Shown: in pieces, positions 27,030 to 40,725 of the stretch
Position numbering within the stretch: the first letter of the stretch is position 1
Layout: each line of letters opens with the position of its first letter
Source of the DNA: Chiloscyllium plagiosum
Lineage: Eukaryota
Assembly (NCBI RefSeq): GCF_004010195.1
Contig: NC_057753.1
Location: 14,297,937-14,361,936, forward strand
Direction of reading: 5' to 3'
Length of the DNA: 64,000 bases
Notes under the pieces: generated by a model
Told to the model about the DNA's origin: nothing
The model's input: only the letters and a program-made list of their open reading frames with translations
Databases searched by the model: none
Position numbers and translations under genes: made by a program

Positions 27030-28862
27030 AGACGAGGGGAGAAGCTATTTTGTGTTTTTTGCTCGGCAATGAGTCAGGAAAAGTGTCAGATCACGCAGTG
27101 GGAGAAAAGTTTCTTGACAGTGAGTACAACTGCCTCACATTTATGTTAGCCTTGGAGAGGGAAAGGAGCAGTTACCAAAGGAAGATACTTAATTGGTGAA
27201 AAGGAAATTATAACGCCATCAGGCAGGATTTGGGAAATACAGATTGGGAGCAATTGTTCCACAGAAAGGGCGCAATCGAATGTGGAGAATGTTTCACGGC
27301 CAATTGTTGCGAGTGATGCACACATTTTATCCTCTGAGACAGGCAAGAAGGGTAATATTAAGGATCCTTGGATGACAAGAACAGAGGAGCTTCTCGTCAA
27401 AAGGAAGAAGGCAGCTTACGTAAGGTGGAGGAAGAAAAGATCTAGCACAGATTTACACGATTACAGGTTTACTGGAAAGGAGCTCAGAAATCGACTGTGG
27501 AGAGCCAGAAAGGAGCACGAAAAAGGCTCGCAGGAAGGATTAGGAGAACCCAAAGTCATTTTACTCATACGTGAAGAATAAGAGAATTATCAGGAAGAAG
27601 ATAGGGCTGGTCAGGGATAGCGTAAAGAACATGTACGTGGAGTCTGAGCAGATAGGGGAAACCCTAAATGAGTTTGTTGCTTCGGTTTTCACTTAGGAAA
27701 TTGATCTTGTTGCGAATGAGATATTTGAGGAGCTGGAAACAGGCTTGAACAGATCAAGATTGATGCAGTTGATGTGCTGGAAAATTTGGCAAACATTGAC
27801 ATTGATCTATCCCCAGGGCCATGACCAGATTTATCCTAGGTTGCTCTGGGAAGTTAGAAAATAGGTTATGACACCGCTGACAAAGGAATTTGCTTCCTCT
27901 CTGTCCACAGGAGTTCAACCAGAGGATTGGAGGGAGGCGAATTCTTTTCCTCTTTTCAAGAAGGGGAATAGGGAAATTCCTGGCAATTACATACCAGTCA
28001 GTCTTACGTCTGTGGTCAACAAGGTTTTGGAAAGAATTCTGAGGGATAGGTTTTATGGCGGTTTAGAATAGCATAAAGCGATTAAAGGCAGTCAGGATGG
28101 TTATGTAAGTGGCAGGTCGTGCCTCATAAATCTTATTGAGTGCTTTCTGGAGGTGATGAGACAGATCAATGAAGGTCGAGCAGTGGATGTACTGTATATG
28201 GACTTCAGTAAGGCAATTGATAAGGTTTCCCATGGTAGGCTCATTCATAATGTCATGAAGTATGGGGTACAGGGATATTTGGCTGTCTTGGTTCAGAATT
28301 GGTTGGCTGACAGAAGGCAGAGTGTGGTTGTAGATAGAAGGTATTCTGCCTGGAGGTCAGTGGTGAGTGGTGTCCCGCAGGGCTCTGTTCTTGCGGCTCT
28401 GTTCTTTGTATATTTTATAACTGACTTTGATGAGGAGATTGAGGGGTGGGTTAGTAAAATTATCGATGACACAAAGTTTGGATATTCCGTTGAAGGGCTG
28501 TTGCAGGCTGCATCGTGACGTAAATAGAATGCAGGCCTGGGCTAAGAAATGGCAGATGGAGTTCAACCTGGATAAATGCAAAGTAATGCACTTTAGAAGG
28601 TCGAACTGGAATGCTGAATATCCGATTAAAGACAGGATTATTGGCGTGTGGAGGAACAGAGGGATCTTGGTGTTCAAGTGCATAGACTCCTCAAAGTTGC
28701 CACCCAAGTGGATAGGGCTGCTAATAAAGCACATGGTGTTTTGGCTTTCACTAACAGTGGGTTCAAATTTAAGAGCTGTGAGGTTTTGCTGCAGCTCTAC
28801 GAGACCCCAGTAAGACCACGATTGGAATATTGCGCCCAGTCCTGGACGTTCTATTGTAGGAA
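27030..28862 (+). mobile_element. CR1-type LINE (RT region, frameshifted)
   Basis: PEDWREAN..PLFKKG..PGNY.PVSLTSVV.K.LE, VDVLYMDFSKA.DKV.HGRL, SGVPQGSVL and RPRLEYCAQ.W. Confidence 0.92.
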
Positions 28863-29299
28863 TGCGTGTCAATATGTGGATCACAATGTAAGGGGTTTAC
28901 AGCGGCCCCTTTTATTCGAACTACAAATCTGGTCTGTGTGGGAGTTTTAAAATGGGACAGCGTGGGGATGACAAATATTCAGAGTAGGGAGAGGTTGAGT
29001 GTCTGGCTTACACAGTCATTAGTGTGGGAATGACAGAGTTGGTCAACGTGGGGGTTTTAAAGGGAGTCAGCATGAAGATAAGATTTCATTTGAATTGATT
29101 TATTGTCGTACGTACTTAAGTGAAGTGAAACACTTTGCAAGCAGTACAGGCAGATATTGTAAGCAACGACAGATAGAGCACATAGTGAAGAAAGTCTTGA
29201 ACTGGGTAAGGCAGACAGGTTGCACTGCCAATGACATGTGCGAGTCAAGAAGCTCATTAACAAGATCAGCATTATTTGAATTTAGAGAGTCCATTCATT

Positions 29300-29470
29300 T
29301 CTGACAAATGCAGCACCGTCACTGAAGCCATCCTCAAAGCAGATGAAAACACTTTGGTGGCCAATGGAGAGAGGTAGCCAGTGCAAACCCAGGTGAGGGT
29401 TACGCTGTCTCCAATCCTAACAGTCATCTCACCCTCCAGCTGGTGACAGAACTATTCTGGCCGAGACAGT
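29300..29470 (-). pseudogene. 5' half of family-B V
   Basis: Same truncation junction, and shares the deletion after Cys23 with the 14903 copy. Confidence 0.65.
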
Positions 29471-32255
29471 GAAGGGCATGTATAATCAGACATGTTGTTT
29501 GGAAGTGCTTAATGCAATTGAAACTCTCCGCGTAATGGAGAGGAAAGGCAGAGAAAATGAACTTTCTAAAATATCAATACGCTTATATTGTTGAGAAGTT
29601 GACTGTTGAATTGATTGTTCATATCTTTCGAACACATGAAGAGGTTGCAGCTGAAGTTCAGTGAGCCCTTAAGCACATCTTCTGCCACTGAATAAGATCT
29701 GATGCTAACTTCAACTCTGCATCACTGCACATTCCTAACAATCTTCCATCCTCTTGGTACTCGACAAAGTCTTTAGCTCTGCTTTCAAAATATTTTAAGC
29801 TTCTGCATCGAAAGCCCTTTCAGAAAAGTCATTGCAGATACTCACGACTCTCTGGACATAAAAAAAAAATCCTTCTCTCTGAGTGTAATGGGTTCTCCCT
29901 TACTTTTAACCGCTGAACACGATCTTAACTTTCTCAGCACAAGCATTTCTAACTCTTTTTTTTCTCAGCAGGATATACGTAAAGGTTATCTAGACTTTCT
30001 ATGTATATCTCAGCTTTGAACAGACAGCACAGCCACAGTGGCAAATACTTACACTGTTTTCATTTTCGTCTGATGAAGAAATGTCTCCTCAGACATATAT
30101 TAAAAGCATACCTCATAATTCTGAGATTAGTTGTTCCACTCCCAGACTCTCCCAAAGGAAGAAACAACATTTCCAAATTTACAATGTTAAATTTTCATTG
30201 CACTTCTCTATACCATGTGGAAATCGAAGAAGGGCCTCATTAGAGAAAGGGAGGGATGCGTCCCAAGCTCCCTCCACGCCCCTTGCTCCTGGACTCAAGA
30301 TTTATGCTCATGAGAAACACAAAGAATGTTTGATCACAATCATTTATTGATCACATTCCAAACATTGAATAGCTAATGCAATTTTGTGTTGCTTTTGTGG
30401 TTATGAATGGTTCCATACTCAGAGTCCAGGGATGAAGGCCAATGGCTGATCCGTTAATTGCTGTTAACAAGTAGATGAATTAAGCAAGTTTTCCAGCTTT
30501 AGGGAGATAGTTAAAGAGACGTTAAGGAGAATACAGCTTTTATTCCGTTTCCAGATTAAGCTCACTACATTGTGAGAAGTACACATTGCGTATGAGCCAA
30601 TTTTAACCCACAAACTCACACTTCGCAAACACACCCTCTTCACAAACTCTGGGCAGTCTTTTTTTCCTGTAAGCTGACAGAGGAGAAGGGATACACGAAA
30701 TATTCAGAATGACAGGCAGCTGAACATAGAAAAGCATAGCACAAAGTGAACATTAAACCATCAAAAACGAATGTATGAATGTCAGCTAGTTATGCGAGTT
30801 GAGGGAATCGAATACTGCACACTGTGCCTATTGTCGATTTGAATGGTGTTACGTATTGCCGCACTCCCTCTGATTGAATACCTCTTTCGTTTCACCTTGC
30901 TCTCGAGCAGTAACGGAGAATGACCAGGAGAGGATGCAATTATATAACGTTGAAGAAGGGACTGAAGAAGGGAAAGAGTCTGGGAATTCTTTTTAATGGT
31001 ATATTCACTGTCATCTTTGAATCTTTTTCCCTCCTCACAAAGCAAGGGATAGCTCCTTCTGAACTGATATTAGACAGCTGAGGCAACTCTCCAGATGAAC
31101 GTTTCCAATCTTTTGTAAATGCTTCCAGTAAGTCTCCGAAAGGGGCAGAACAATACACAACAGAAAGTGTGCACATAAAATTGAAACACAAGGGCACAGA
31201 CCAAAGACCAAATATGTACAACTAAAGATTCAACAGACCTACACACGCATAAAAGATAACATTCATACTAAAATGCACATCTGTAGACCATTGTTGATCC
31301 AAGCTTTTGGTCTTTTGCTTATCGTCTGGATGAGGGAAAAGAATTGCACTTCCTGCTCTGGCATTTTGTGCAATATTAAAAAAAAAACGTTCAGGCGCTG
31401 TTAATCTCAGTGTAATATTCCTATCAGTGGGACATCACGGTAGAGGTGCGATTAATATTGGTTATCTTCAATCTTAATGTCATCATCCCAGGTGAGTTTC
31501 CTTTCAAATTCTTGGCACAAAACATCTTGTCATCTTCCAAGTTTCCATTCTTAGACAACATTATTACTTGAATTGTAAAATATACAGTTTATCATTGAAT
31601 GTTGGATCTTAAGCAAATACCACTTTCCACGTAGTACCACGTTCCAAACCAACGACGACATACATCAAGAAGGACAACAGCAACAGGCAAGTGGGGAAAA
31701 TCTCACTATTCTGAATTCGAAAGATATCGTCGTTTCTTCAGTGTCATTTGGTGAAAATCCTGTCATTCTCTCTCAAACTGTACCATGTGCCTATATACAC
31801 AACAAGTGCTAAAGCATCTTCAAAAGGCAGTTCATGACTACCTTCTCCAGGTTAATTAGGGGTGAGTAACAAACACTGCACTAGCCAGCGATGCCCACAT
31901 CCCCTCAGGGAATAAATCACCCAATAGCTAGTGGTATCATTAGGGAATCAAGTTGAGGCATTTTCTCAAAGTAAATGTTGAGAATCTGAGAGTCTGTCAA
32001 ATGTCAGGGGGTAATGTCAGTGTGAAAACGTATTGTTTGTTTGTTTTTACTGCCACGGAGGCAAGCACAGGAATGTGAAGAGAATAGTTTTTTTTTTACA
32101 AAAGCATACTTTGAGAAGAATCAGGATGAGTAAATATGTATCAAGATGCACTCGTGAGAATGAATGGCTAGCTTCCCCTTTGGGAAATACAATGTGTTTC
32201 CACGGAGCAGATACTTGTACCCGTAACTTTTCACATGACTTCTTCCACGTTGCAG

Positions 32256-32562
32256 AGCTCATGGCAGAAGAGCGGATCACATATACGTCTCTGGCACTGT
32301 TGACAGTGGAAGGCATTTCGGTGACAATGACTGCAGAAACACATATATCTACCTCAGCTTCTTGCATACGGGCCGTTGTCAAGACGAACAGAAGCCAGAC
32401 GAACAGAGTGGCCAGAGCGAAGAGGAATTGGGTCACGCTTCACTGCAACCAAGAACACAGCATTGTTCCTGTCAGATTAATCAGGAGAATAGATGCCGCC
32501 ACGTAACTCTGAGCTATGATGATTGTCATGTTGAAACTCATTTGGAAGCTGGGCCAGAAACT
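32256..32562 (+). pseudogene. Family-C V pseudogene
   Basis: ELMAEERITYTSLALLTVEGISVTMT...QEHSIVPVRLIRRIDAAT*, then 23-bp spacer + CCAGAAACT. Confidence 0.62.
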
Positions 32563-33932
32563 CCAGGCAGACAGGAGCTATGTGGATTGCCTCGCATTTC
32601 AACATCAGCAAATGTACAGAGGAGAAACAATCACTGATAGAAAGTGAATTTTTTGGAGCTTCCATGTTCAATGAGGAAATATTCCATGTTTCATAATCGG
32701 TGAGAATCTAGACGGTATACATTTTCTAAACAGCTTTTATCACATGCTTCATAGAGTTGATGAGTCTGGAACCTGAATCTATTTGAACTAATAAAGGGAA
32801 CAGTGCCTTTGCACATCAGTATTCCCTCAGAATTTCAATTGTAACTCACCTGGATTGATTCCACTCAGGATAGCGAGGACAGTCAATGTTTATTGCACCT
32901 TTATCTTTATCCCCTATTGACAGGAGTGCAGCAATGAAATAAGCAACAAACCACCTCCTTATCATGTATGAGCAGGCCAGCACGGAAAATGAAACAGGTA
33001 CGCTCCCACTCATACTCGGATCAAAAGCAAAGATCTGAAGTCACTTAGGCAACAGTTTAGTTAAACCCAGACAACAATAGTTGGATCAGTAATGCGAGCT
33101 ATCAATTGAAAGTACAGCTGAAAAGAACATTCCTTAAATTGACATTACACGAACTGTTATGTCACTGTTCTTTTTTTTCATTATAGGACCTCCAATTAAA
33201 GTAACATTGTCTACTTTACCGAGAGAAGCTAAATGAAACTCGAATGAACAATAATGAGAGGCTAACACATGGGCCGAGAAAATAACACATGGGTGAGATT
33301 TATATGAAGTACTGCTTGTGAGTAGTACTGAAAAATTAACTGCTACATTGAATCTCCACATATTTACGCATATGTCATCACGCACATAAACACACACACA
33401 TTCTCACACTTAAAGACATTCATACACACAGAGCCAGGTGCCAGGCTGTGTTCTAAACATATAAACACAGTTCAGTGCGATCAGATCGATGACGAAAGGA
33501 TTAATTCAACATTTCCACAATGCACTCGAATCACCAACTCCTGTGAAACCTATTATAAAACACTTCAATTTGTAAACTGTTGTCGTATTTCCGGATGTTC
33601 CCACCTCATTTCTCTGTGATGGAGGTGTGGATGTGACTGTCAGAGAAGGAGAGTTTTCTGCCAGCTCACTGTCTACAATTCACACAATAACAGATTGTTG
33701 AGAGTGTCGATTAGAATGGATGCATTTATATCTGATTCTGTTCTGTCTCTGTGCACGAGCTGGGAAACTGTGATGTATTTTCTCAGCAGCTCCAGGAAGC
33801 AGTTGGTTGACCGTTTGATGCATCGATCGTTTGGCTTCCTGTCAGTGTATTATTCAGCTCCTGAAAGCACATATTAACTTCACAAGACTCTGCAAAGAAC
33901 TCAAAATGACGATCAATCTATGATACAAAGGC

Positions 33933-34426
33933 AATTTCTGTTCATGGGACAGACTGTTATTATTACTGTGAGGTTTCTGAGAGTGTAGAAATACACGAAA
34001 GGGTCAGTCAGCTGCAGTCCATTGATCGTCAAACTGGTGAACTTGTTTGAGGTCTGAAGTACTGCAGAAATGCGATCTTTTACAAAGTCTGCTTTATTCT
34101 CGCCTCCTTCAGTATATCTCCTCAGCAAATTCTCAGACAGTGTTCCTGAGTGCAATCGATACGAGTATATTGAATAATAGCTCTCTGTAGAATCATTGCT
34201 ACAATGTAGAGTCACTGTCCCTCCTTCTGTTCGAGCATCTGATTACAGTAACTGAGCGACTGAATCTCCATGCCGCAGGTCTGAAATTAAAAATAGATAT
34301 TAATTGCAAATTGTCAGGGTGGCATCAACTAAAATTATGGTTTAATAAAGGAATTTGAATTGTATTTCTTCCATATCTTCCGGACAGACTTGATGTTCAC
34401 ACAGCCCAGATGCTGAGTAACCACAT
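33933..34426 (-). pseudogene. TCR delta-type V pseudogene: leader 34381-34426, V exon 33971-34280, RSS 33933-33970
   Basis: DLRHGDSVAQLL*SDARTEGGTVTLHCSNDSTESYYSIYSYR...GGENKADFVKDRISAVLQTSNKFTSLTINGLQLTDPFVYFYTLR resembles shark Vdelta FR3. Stop in FR1, Trp41>Ser, Cys104>Tyr, TGA in leader. RSS is CACAGTA-22-ACAGAAATT. Confidence 0.85.
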
Positions 34427-35469
34427 TGTTTCTATCCTTGGTATTACAAAGCTGTCGGATATTTGAGGACACCCATCTGAACCTCCGTCCTCAACGTGGT
34501 GCTCACTGACTCAGGATGATCCCACATCACTTCAATTTTTCAGTCGTGATGTTAAGGGCATGGGAGATAGAGAGCTGTCTCTCAATGAGTTGACTCTCTC
34601 CAATCTGAGTTGCAGCCACTGTTATTATAATAGGTCACTGAGTAATCTGAGACGAAGACTTTCTTCTATAAAAAGTAATTTCCCAGATTCCCAGAGCTCT
34701 TAATCACAAGGATATTTTGTGATAATCCAGCTAATGCATACATTGAAATTAATCGCATTTTCCACCCATGTGATATCAGCCCCTCACGTAAAACTTGTGG
34801 ACCCACAAACCACCTGCTCTCAAAATGAAATCCCTCAAATCCAATCTACTGCATTAATGAACTCAATCTCATCCTTTATCCAGCAGAATAACTGAAATCG
34901 TTTTTATAAGATTCCCCTGTATTCTGGTCCTCCACTGCTATGTCTCTGTATTCGTGCTCAAGATCATGAAGCTTTTCCTTTTTGTTTTATTTCTCACATC
35001 TTTCCTGAGCTGTGCCTCTCCTTCTTCCTCCAACTCTCCGGGTGTATTTTGCTTTATCTCACTGAACGCAGAGGCCTTATGGGGCAAAACTAGTTTTACA
35101 TTTTAATACTGTCACCAGTGCTGTCTTCGAAAGCAACACACCCAGTATTTGCGTCTGTGTGTCTGTAATTAACTTACGTCAGGGTCTTGTTTATTTGTGT
35201 GTGTTTGTATATGACTGTTTGTGTGTGTCTGTGTTTTGCGTGCTTGTATTCCCAGATGTCTGTGCTTCTATGCTTGTGCCCATGTGGGTTTGATTTTGAA
35301 TGTGTTTCCATGTATGCATCTGCATTTGTACCTTTGGGTATGTGTGCACTTTTGTCTGTGTATGTGCATTTTGTTTATGCGTTTTGCATCTGTGCATTCC
35401 GGTGTAAGTGATCGTGTGTATGTGACTGCATGAATGTTTATTTGTGTTTATTAGCTTTCACATATTTAC

Positions 35470-37418
35470 AAAGTTAAAAATCACACAACACCAGGTTATA
35501 GTCCAACAGGATGAATTGGAAGCACACCAGCTTTCGGAGCGACGCTCCTTCATCAGCTAATTGTGTAGGACTCGATCGTAACACACAGAATTTATAGCAA
35601 AAATTTACAGTGTGATGCAACTGAAATTATACATTAAAAAGTTGATTGTCTGTTAAGCCTTTCATCTGTTAGAATACAATGATAGTTTCACTTCTTTCAT
35701 GTGTAAATCACAAAACCTTTTTATTAAGTTGTATTCTCGGGTTAGCTGTTAACAATGGTGATAGCTAGACAATATGTTGAAGCTGTTAGCCCCCTGTGTT
35801 CTCTGTCTATGACCTGATGTTTAGATTGATTCTAATCTAAAATGTGAGATAACAGAGTGATACATGAATGCATGCAGTTTTTGAGCAAAGTACAATGTAA
35901 CTCTGCAAGTACAAATTCACCCCACAAAATATATGTGTGCATGTGGGTCTTTGTTTGTGTGTGTGTGTCTGTCTGGGGTGGTGGTTGTGAGTGTGAGAAA
36001 GTCTGTGTGTGTGCAGTGAGTGCAGAGTGTCTTAAATCTGTGAGGGTGTGCATGTGTGAGTGTGGGAGTGTGTGTGTGTGTCTAGGGTGGGGGGTTGTGA
36101 GTGTCTGTGAGAGAGTGTATATGTGTGTGCATGAGTTGTCCGTGTGTATGTGAGAGTGTGTGTGTGTGTGTAGGAAAATCTGCGTGTGTGTGTAGTGCAA
36201 TGGTGATCACCTGTAATGTGACATGGACCCACGGTCCCGGTTGAGGCCCTCCCTATGAGTACCGAACTTAGCTATCAGCCTCTGCTCAGCCACTTTTCTC
36301 TGCTGCCTGTCCGGAAGTCCACATTGGAGGAATGTCACCCGAAAGTCCGAGGCTGAATGTCCTGGACCACTGAAGTGTTCTCCAACTGTGAGGGAAGCGG
36401 ATGAATGGGCACCGGACATCAATCAACAGACAGTAGGGTTTCCTCCCAGTTGGGGAACACTTCCGTGGTCCAGGACATTCAGCCTCGGACCTTCGGGTGA
36501 CCATCCTCCAAGGTGGACTTCGGGACAGGCAGCAGAGAAAAGTGGCCGAGCAGAGGCTAATAGCTAAGTTTAGTACTCATAGGGAGGGCCTCAACCGGGA
36601 CCTTGGGTCCATGTCACATTACAGGTGATCACCATTGCACTACACACACCCAGATATTCCTACACACACACACTTAAACATACACAGGGACACAGGTACA
36701 CACAGACGCGCACACAGACACCCATACACACCCTTATAGACACACATATCCCACACTCACACATGCACCCCCTCACAGACTTAAGACACTCTGCATTCAC
36801 TACACACACACACTTTCTCACACTCACAACCCCACCCCAGACAGACACACACATACACAGAGAGACAAAAACCCACATGCACACATATATGTTTGTGGGG
36901 TGAATTTGTACTTGCAGAGTTACATTGTACTTTGCTCAAAAACTGCATGCATTCAATTAGAACTCTGAGCTCAAAAACTGCATGAATTTATGTAAAGCTC
37001 TGTTATCTCACTTTTTAGATTAGAATCAATCTAAACATCTGGTCATAGACAGAGAACACAGGGGGCTAACACCTTCAACATATTGTCTAGCTATTACCAT
37101 TGTTAACTGCTAACCAGAGAATGCAACTTAAAAAAAAGGTTTTGTGATTTACACATGAAAGAAGTGAAACTATCACTGTATTCTAACGGATGAAAGGCTT
37201 AACAGACAATCAATTTTTCAATGTATAATTTCAGTTACATCACACTGTAAATTTTTGCTATAAATTCTGTGTTACGATCGAGCCCTCCACTATCACCTGA
37301 TAAAGGAGCGTCGCTCCGAAAGCTAGTGTGCTTCCAATTCAACCTGTTGGACTATAACCTGGTGTTGTGTGATTTTTAACTTTGCACACCCCAGTCCAAC
37401 ACCGGCATCTCCAAATCA
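35470..37418. mobile_element. Penelope-like element as a head-to-head inverted pair (~930-bp arms); 12-bp TSD TCACATATTTAC
   Basis: GIY-YIG C-terminus EHFSGPGHSASD.RVT.LQ.GL.DRQQRKVAEQRLIAKF.THREGLNRD on both strands. TSD at 35458-35469 and 37419-37430. Hammerhead cores at 35525-35558 (-) and 37294-37328 (+). Confidence 0.88.
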
Positions 37419-37826
37419 TCACATATTTACGTCTGTGTTTCTGTGTGTTCGCAGTTTTGCTGTCTGTCCTGTCGGATTTTTAAGATGTTTAGAATAATTA
37501 AAAGTGTCATCCACAGCGTTGCTTCACATTTCTAATGTCAATTCAGAATAAAACTGTCGTTGGTTGCAGATATGCATTGTCCAGAGGGATGATAATGAAT
37601 GAGAAAACGAAAAAAGCTATCAGTCTCTTTCCTTGTTTCTCCCCGATGTGTTCAATGTGACACAATGCCACCCTCTGTTGGTAGATATCTATTCGTTTAC
37701 AAGCAGAAGATATTAACCGTTTGGAATTCAGTCAGAGGGAGGAAGGCTACACACAACCCTATTCAAACCCAAAGTACATCTAATTACACGGACAGTCGAT
37801 GTGTGGTATTAGCTGCTCTCCACTCA

Positions 37827-39428
37827 TGGAGTCATAGCGTCATAGAGATGTACAGCATGGAATCAGATCCTTCGGACCAACCCTTCCATGCCGACCAGAT
37901 ATCACGATCCAATCCAATCCCACCTGCCAGGACCCGGCCCATATCCCTCCAAACCATTCTTATTCATGTACCCATCCAAATGCCTTGTAAATGTTGCAAT
38001 TGTACCAGTCTCCTTTACTTCCTCTGACAGCTCATTCCATACATGTACCACCTTCTACGTGAAAACATTGGCCCTTAGGTCTCTTTTATATCTGTCCCCT
38101 CTCACCCTAAACCTATGCCCTCTAAGTTCTGGACTCCAGACCCCAGGGAAAAGACTTTGTCTATTCATCCTATCCATGCCCCTCATAATTTTGTAAAACT
38201 CTATAAGGTCACCCCTCAACCTCCGACGCTCCAGGGAAAAAAGCCCCAGCCTGTTCAGGCAATCCCTATAGCTCAGATCCTCCAACTCCTGCAACATCCT
38301 TGTAAATCTTTTCTGAATCCTTTCAAGTTTCACAACATCTTTCCAATAGGAAGGAGACCAGAATTGCACGCAATATTTCAACAGTGGCCTAACCAATATC
38401 CTGTACAGCCGCAACATGACTCCCAACTCCTGTATGCAATACTCTGACCAATAAAGGGAAGCATAACAAACGCCTTCTTCATTATCCTATCTACCTGCGA
38501 CTCCACTTTCAAGGAGCTATGAACCTGCACTCCAAGGTCTCTTTGTTCAGGAACACTCCCTGGGACCTTACCATTAAGTGTATAAGTCCTGCTAAGATTT
38601 ACTTTCCCAAAATGCAACACCTCGCATTTATCTGAATTAAACTCCATCTGCCACTCCTCAGCCCTTTGGCCCATCTGGTCCAGATCCTGTTGTAATCTAA
38701 GGTAACCCTCTTCGCTGTCCACTACACATCCAATTTTGCTGTCATTTGCAAACTTACTAACTGTATCTCTTATTCTTGCACCCAAATCATTTGTGTAAAT
38801 GACAAAAAGTAGAGGGCCCAGCACCGATCCTTGTGGCACTCCACTGGTCACAGGCCTCCAGTCTGAAAAACAATCCTCCACCACCACCCTCTGTATTCTA
38901 CCTTTGAGCCAGTTCTGTATCCAAATGGCTAGTTCTCCCAGTATTCCATGAGATCTAACCTTGCTAGTCAGTCTCCCATGGGGTCGAACACCTTACTGAA
39001 GTACATATACATCACATCTACTGCTCTGGCCTCATCAATCATCTTTGTTACTTAATAAAAAATCTCAATCAAGTTTGTGAGACATGATTTCCCACGCACA
39101 AAGCCATATTGAGTATGCCGAATAGTCCTTGCCTTTCCAAATACATGTACATCCTGTCCCTTAAGATTCCCTCCAACAATTTTCCCACAACTGAGGTCAG
39201 GCTCACTGGTCTATAGTTCACTGGCTTGTCTTTACCGTACTTCTTGTGACACCGCGTTTGCCAACCTCCAGTCTTCCGGCACCTCACCTGTGACTATTGC
39301 TGATACAAATATCTCAGCAAGAGGCCCAGCAATCACTTCTCTAGCTTCCCACAGAGTTCTCTGGTACACGTGATCAGGTCCTGGGGATTTATCCACACGT
39401 ACACGTTTCAAGACATCCAGCACTTCGT
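37827..39428 (-). mobile_element. Young CR1-type LINE, 5'-truncated; 10-bp TSD TCTCCACTCA
   Basis: SGVPQGSVLGPLLF, KFANDSKIG, YCVQFWSP and LERRRLRGDLIE. TSD at 37817-37826 and 39429-39438; empty site at ~52268. Confidence 0.93.
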
Positions 39429-40686
39429 TCTCCACTCACATGTCAGGTTGAAGTTAATAAATTTGCTCGTCATATTTTTTCTCTGTTTCTTTATGCTTGA
39501 ATGCCTGCAGTTCTGAAACGTGTTTTCCACATCTCCCATGCCTTTAGCCAGGAGAGAGTTTTTTTGAGCGGGTGTTTCTGGATCAGCAATGGTATGCACA
39601 CGCTCTACAGATCTCACAACGTTAATGAGATGTGTCCTGAACACAGACTAAAGTTTAGATACTCGGAAACTTCAACTATCTCGCTCCGGCTGTTAAACAT
39701 CATTCATTTCTTGATTTATTCCTAACGATTAGCAGGTCAGCAGTACGTCTCAAAATATGTACTCTAATGTGTGCAGCCCGTCCCAGGAAAACAGCACTAA
39801 TGTGAAACAAAATCAAATGAGGTTATTCGAAGGCGGGAGTTCTGAAGATAACTGAGGGAAAAGTAAACATATTTTGTGTTCACAACGATCAGAATCATTC
39901 TTCCATCTGCAGGCGGGATGAATTGGCAAGGAGACAGTCTGGTAGTTGTCTTACTTTTGAGTCTGGAGACCCAACATGCTCTGAGGGCTTGAAGTGAAGA
40001 CTTGGCAGCGCAGAGGTAGAAATTTTGCTCTCTCCAATGGGGATGTGTCTGTATCGAAAGCATAATCTCTGAATATGGACCCACATATTTCAGAAACATA
40101 TCAAGAGGAATATCTTTTCTCAGATGGCAAAAAATCTGTGTAATTATTTGCCACAGTCGTCAGTTTGTCCCACGTAATGGATGCTGCAATACAGTGTTTT
40201 TCTGAGGAAGACAATCAAGGCTTCTGCAAAATAGGCAGAAATGTGGAGTTCAAAATTACCAGCTGTGATGTCTTCGAAATTTGGATTCATCTCGATGGAC
40301 TGAATGGCCTATTTCTTGTTCTATGTCTTCGATTCTGAAGGTCTTGCGACTGCAGCCAGAAGACAATGGAGGCTCATGTTTCTGCCCTTCATATAATTAG
40401 TTGTTAAGATCTGGCATACACGAGCAAATTACTGTTAGAAGGGTAAGTTAAGCAGTGCTTAATAAAAGTAAACAGATGAGCATGTACTTATACGTGATTT
40501 AGATACTTCTGTGAAAGCAGGTGTGGGCAGGGTATTCTTGAGCGGGAACAGAATAAGTCATCAGAGATATGAAAGGAAACATGGCTCTCTTTTTCACTTT
40601 AAAGTGTTCTGAATCGCTTTTCTAAAGTCAATGATGGGTTTATTTGTGCTCTGAGAATCGGCAGAGATACTTCATTTCCTCTCGTG

Positions 40687-40725
40687 GGTTTTTGTACAGG
40701 GACGGATTTGATCTATATCACGGTG
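40687..40725 (-). other. 23-RSS of Ig-like V copy 2
   Basis: CACCGTG + 23 bp + consensus nonamer ACAAAAACC. Confidence 0.93.

Noticed and set aside
39797-40099. ORF with PSLHFKPSE...DCLLAN resembling a C1-domain start (paralogs at 12632 and 44104)
   Set aside because: No Trp or second Cys, frames are not conserved across copies, and it partly overlaps a CR1 relic.
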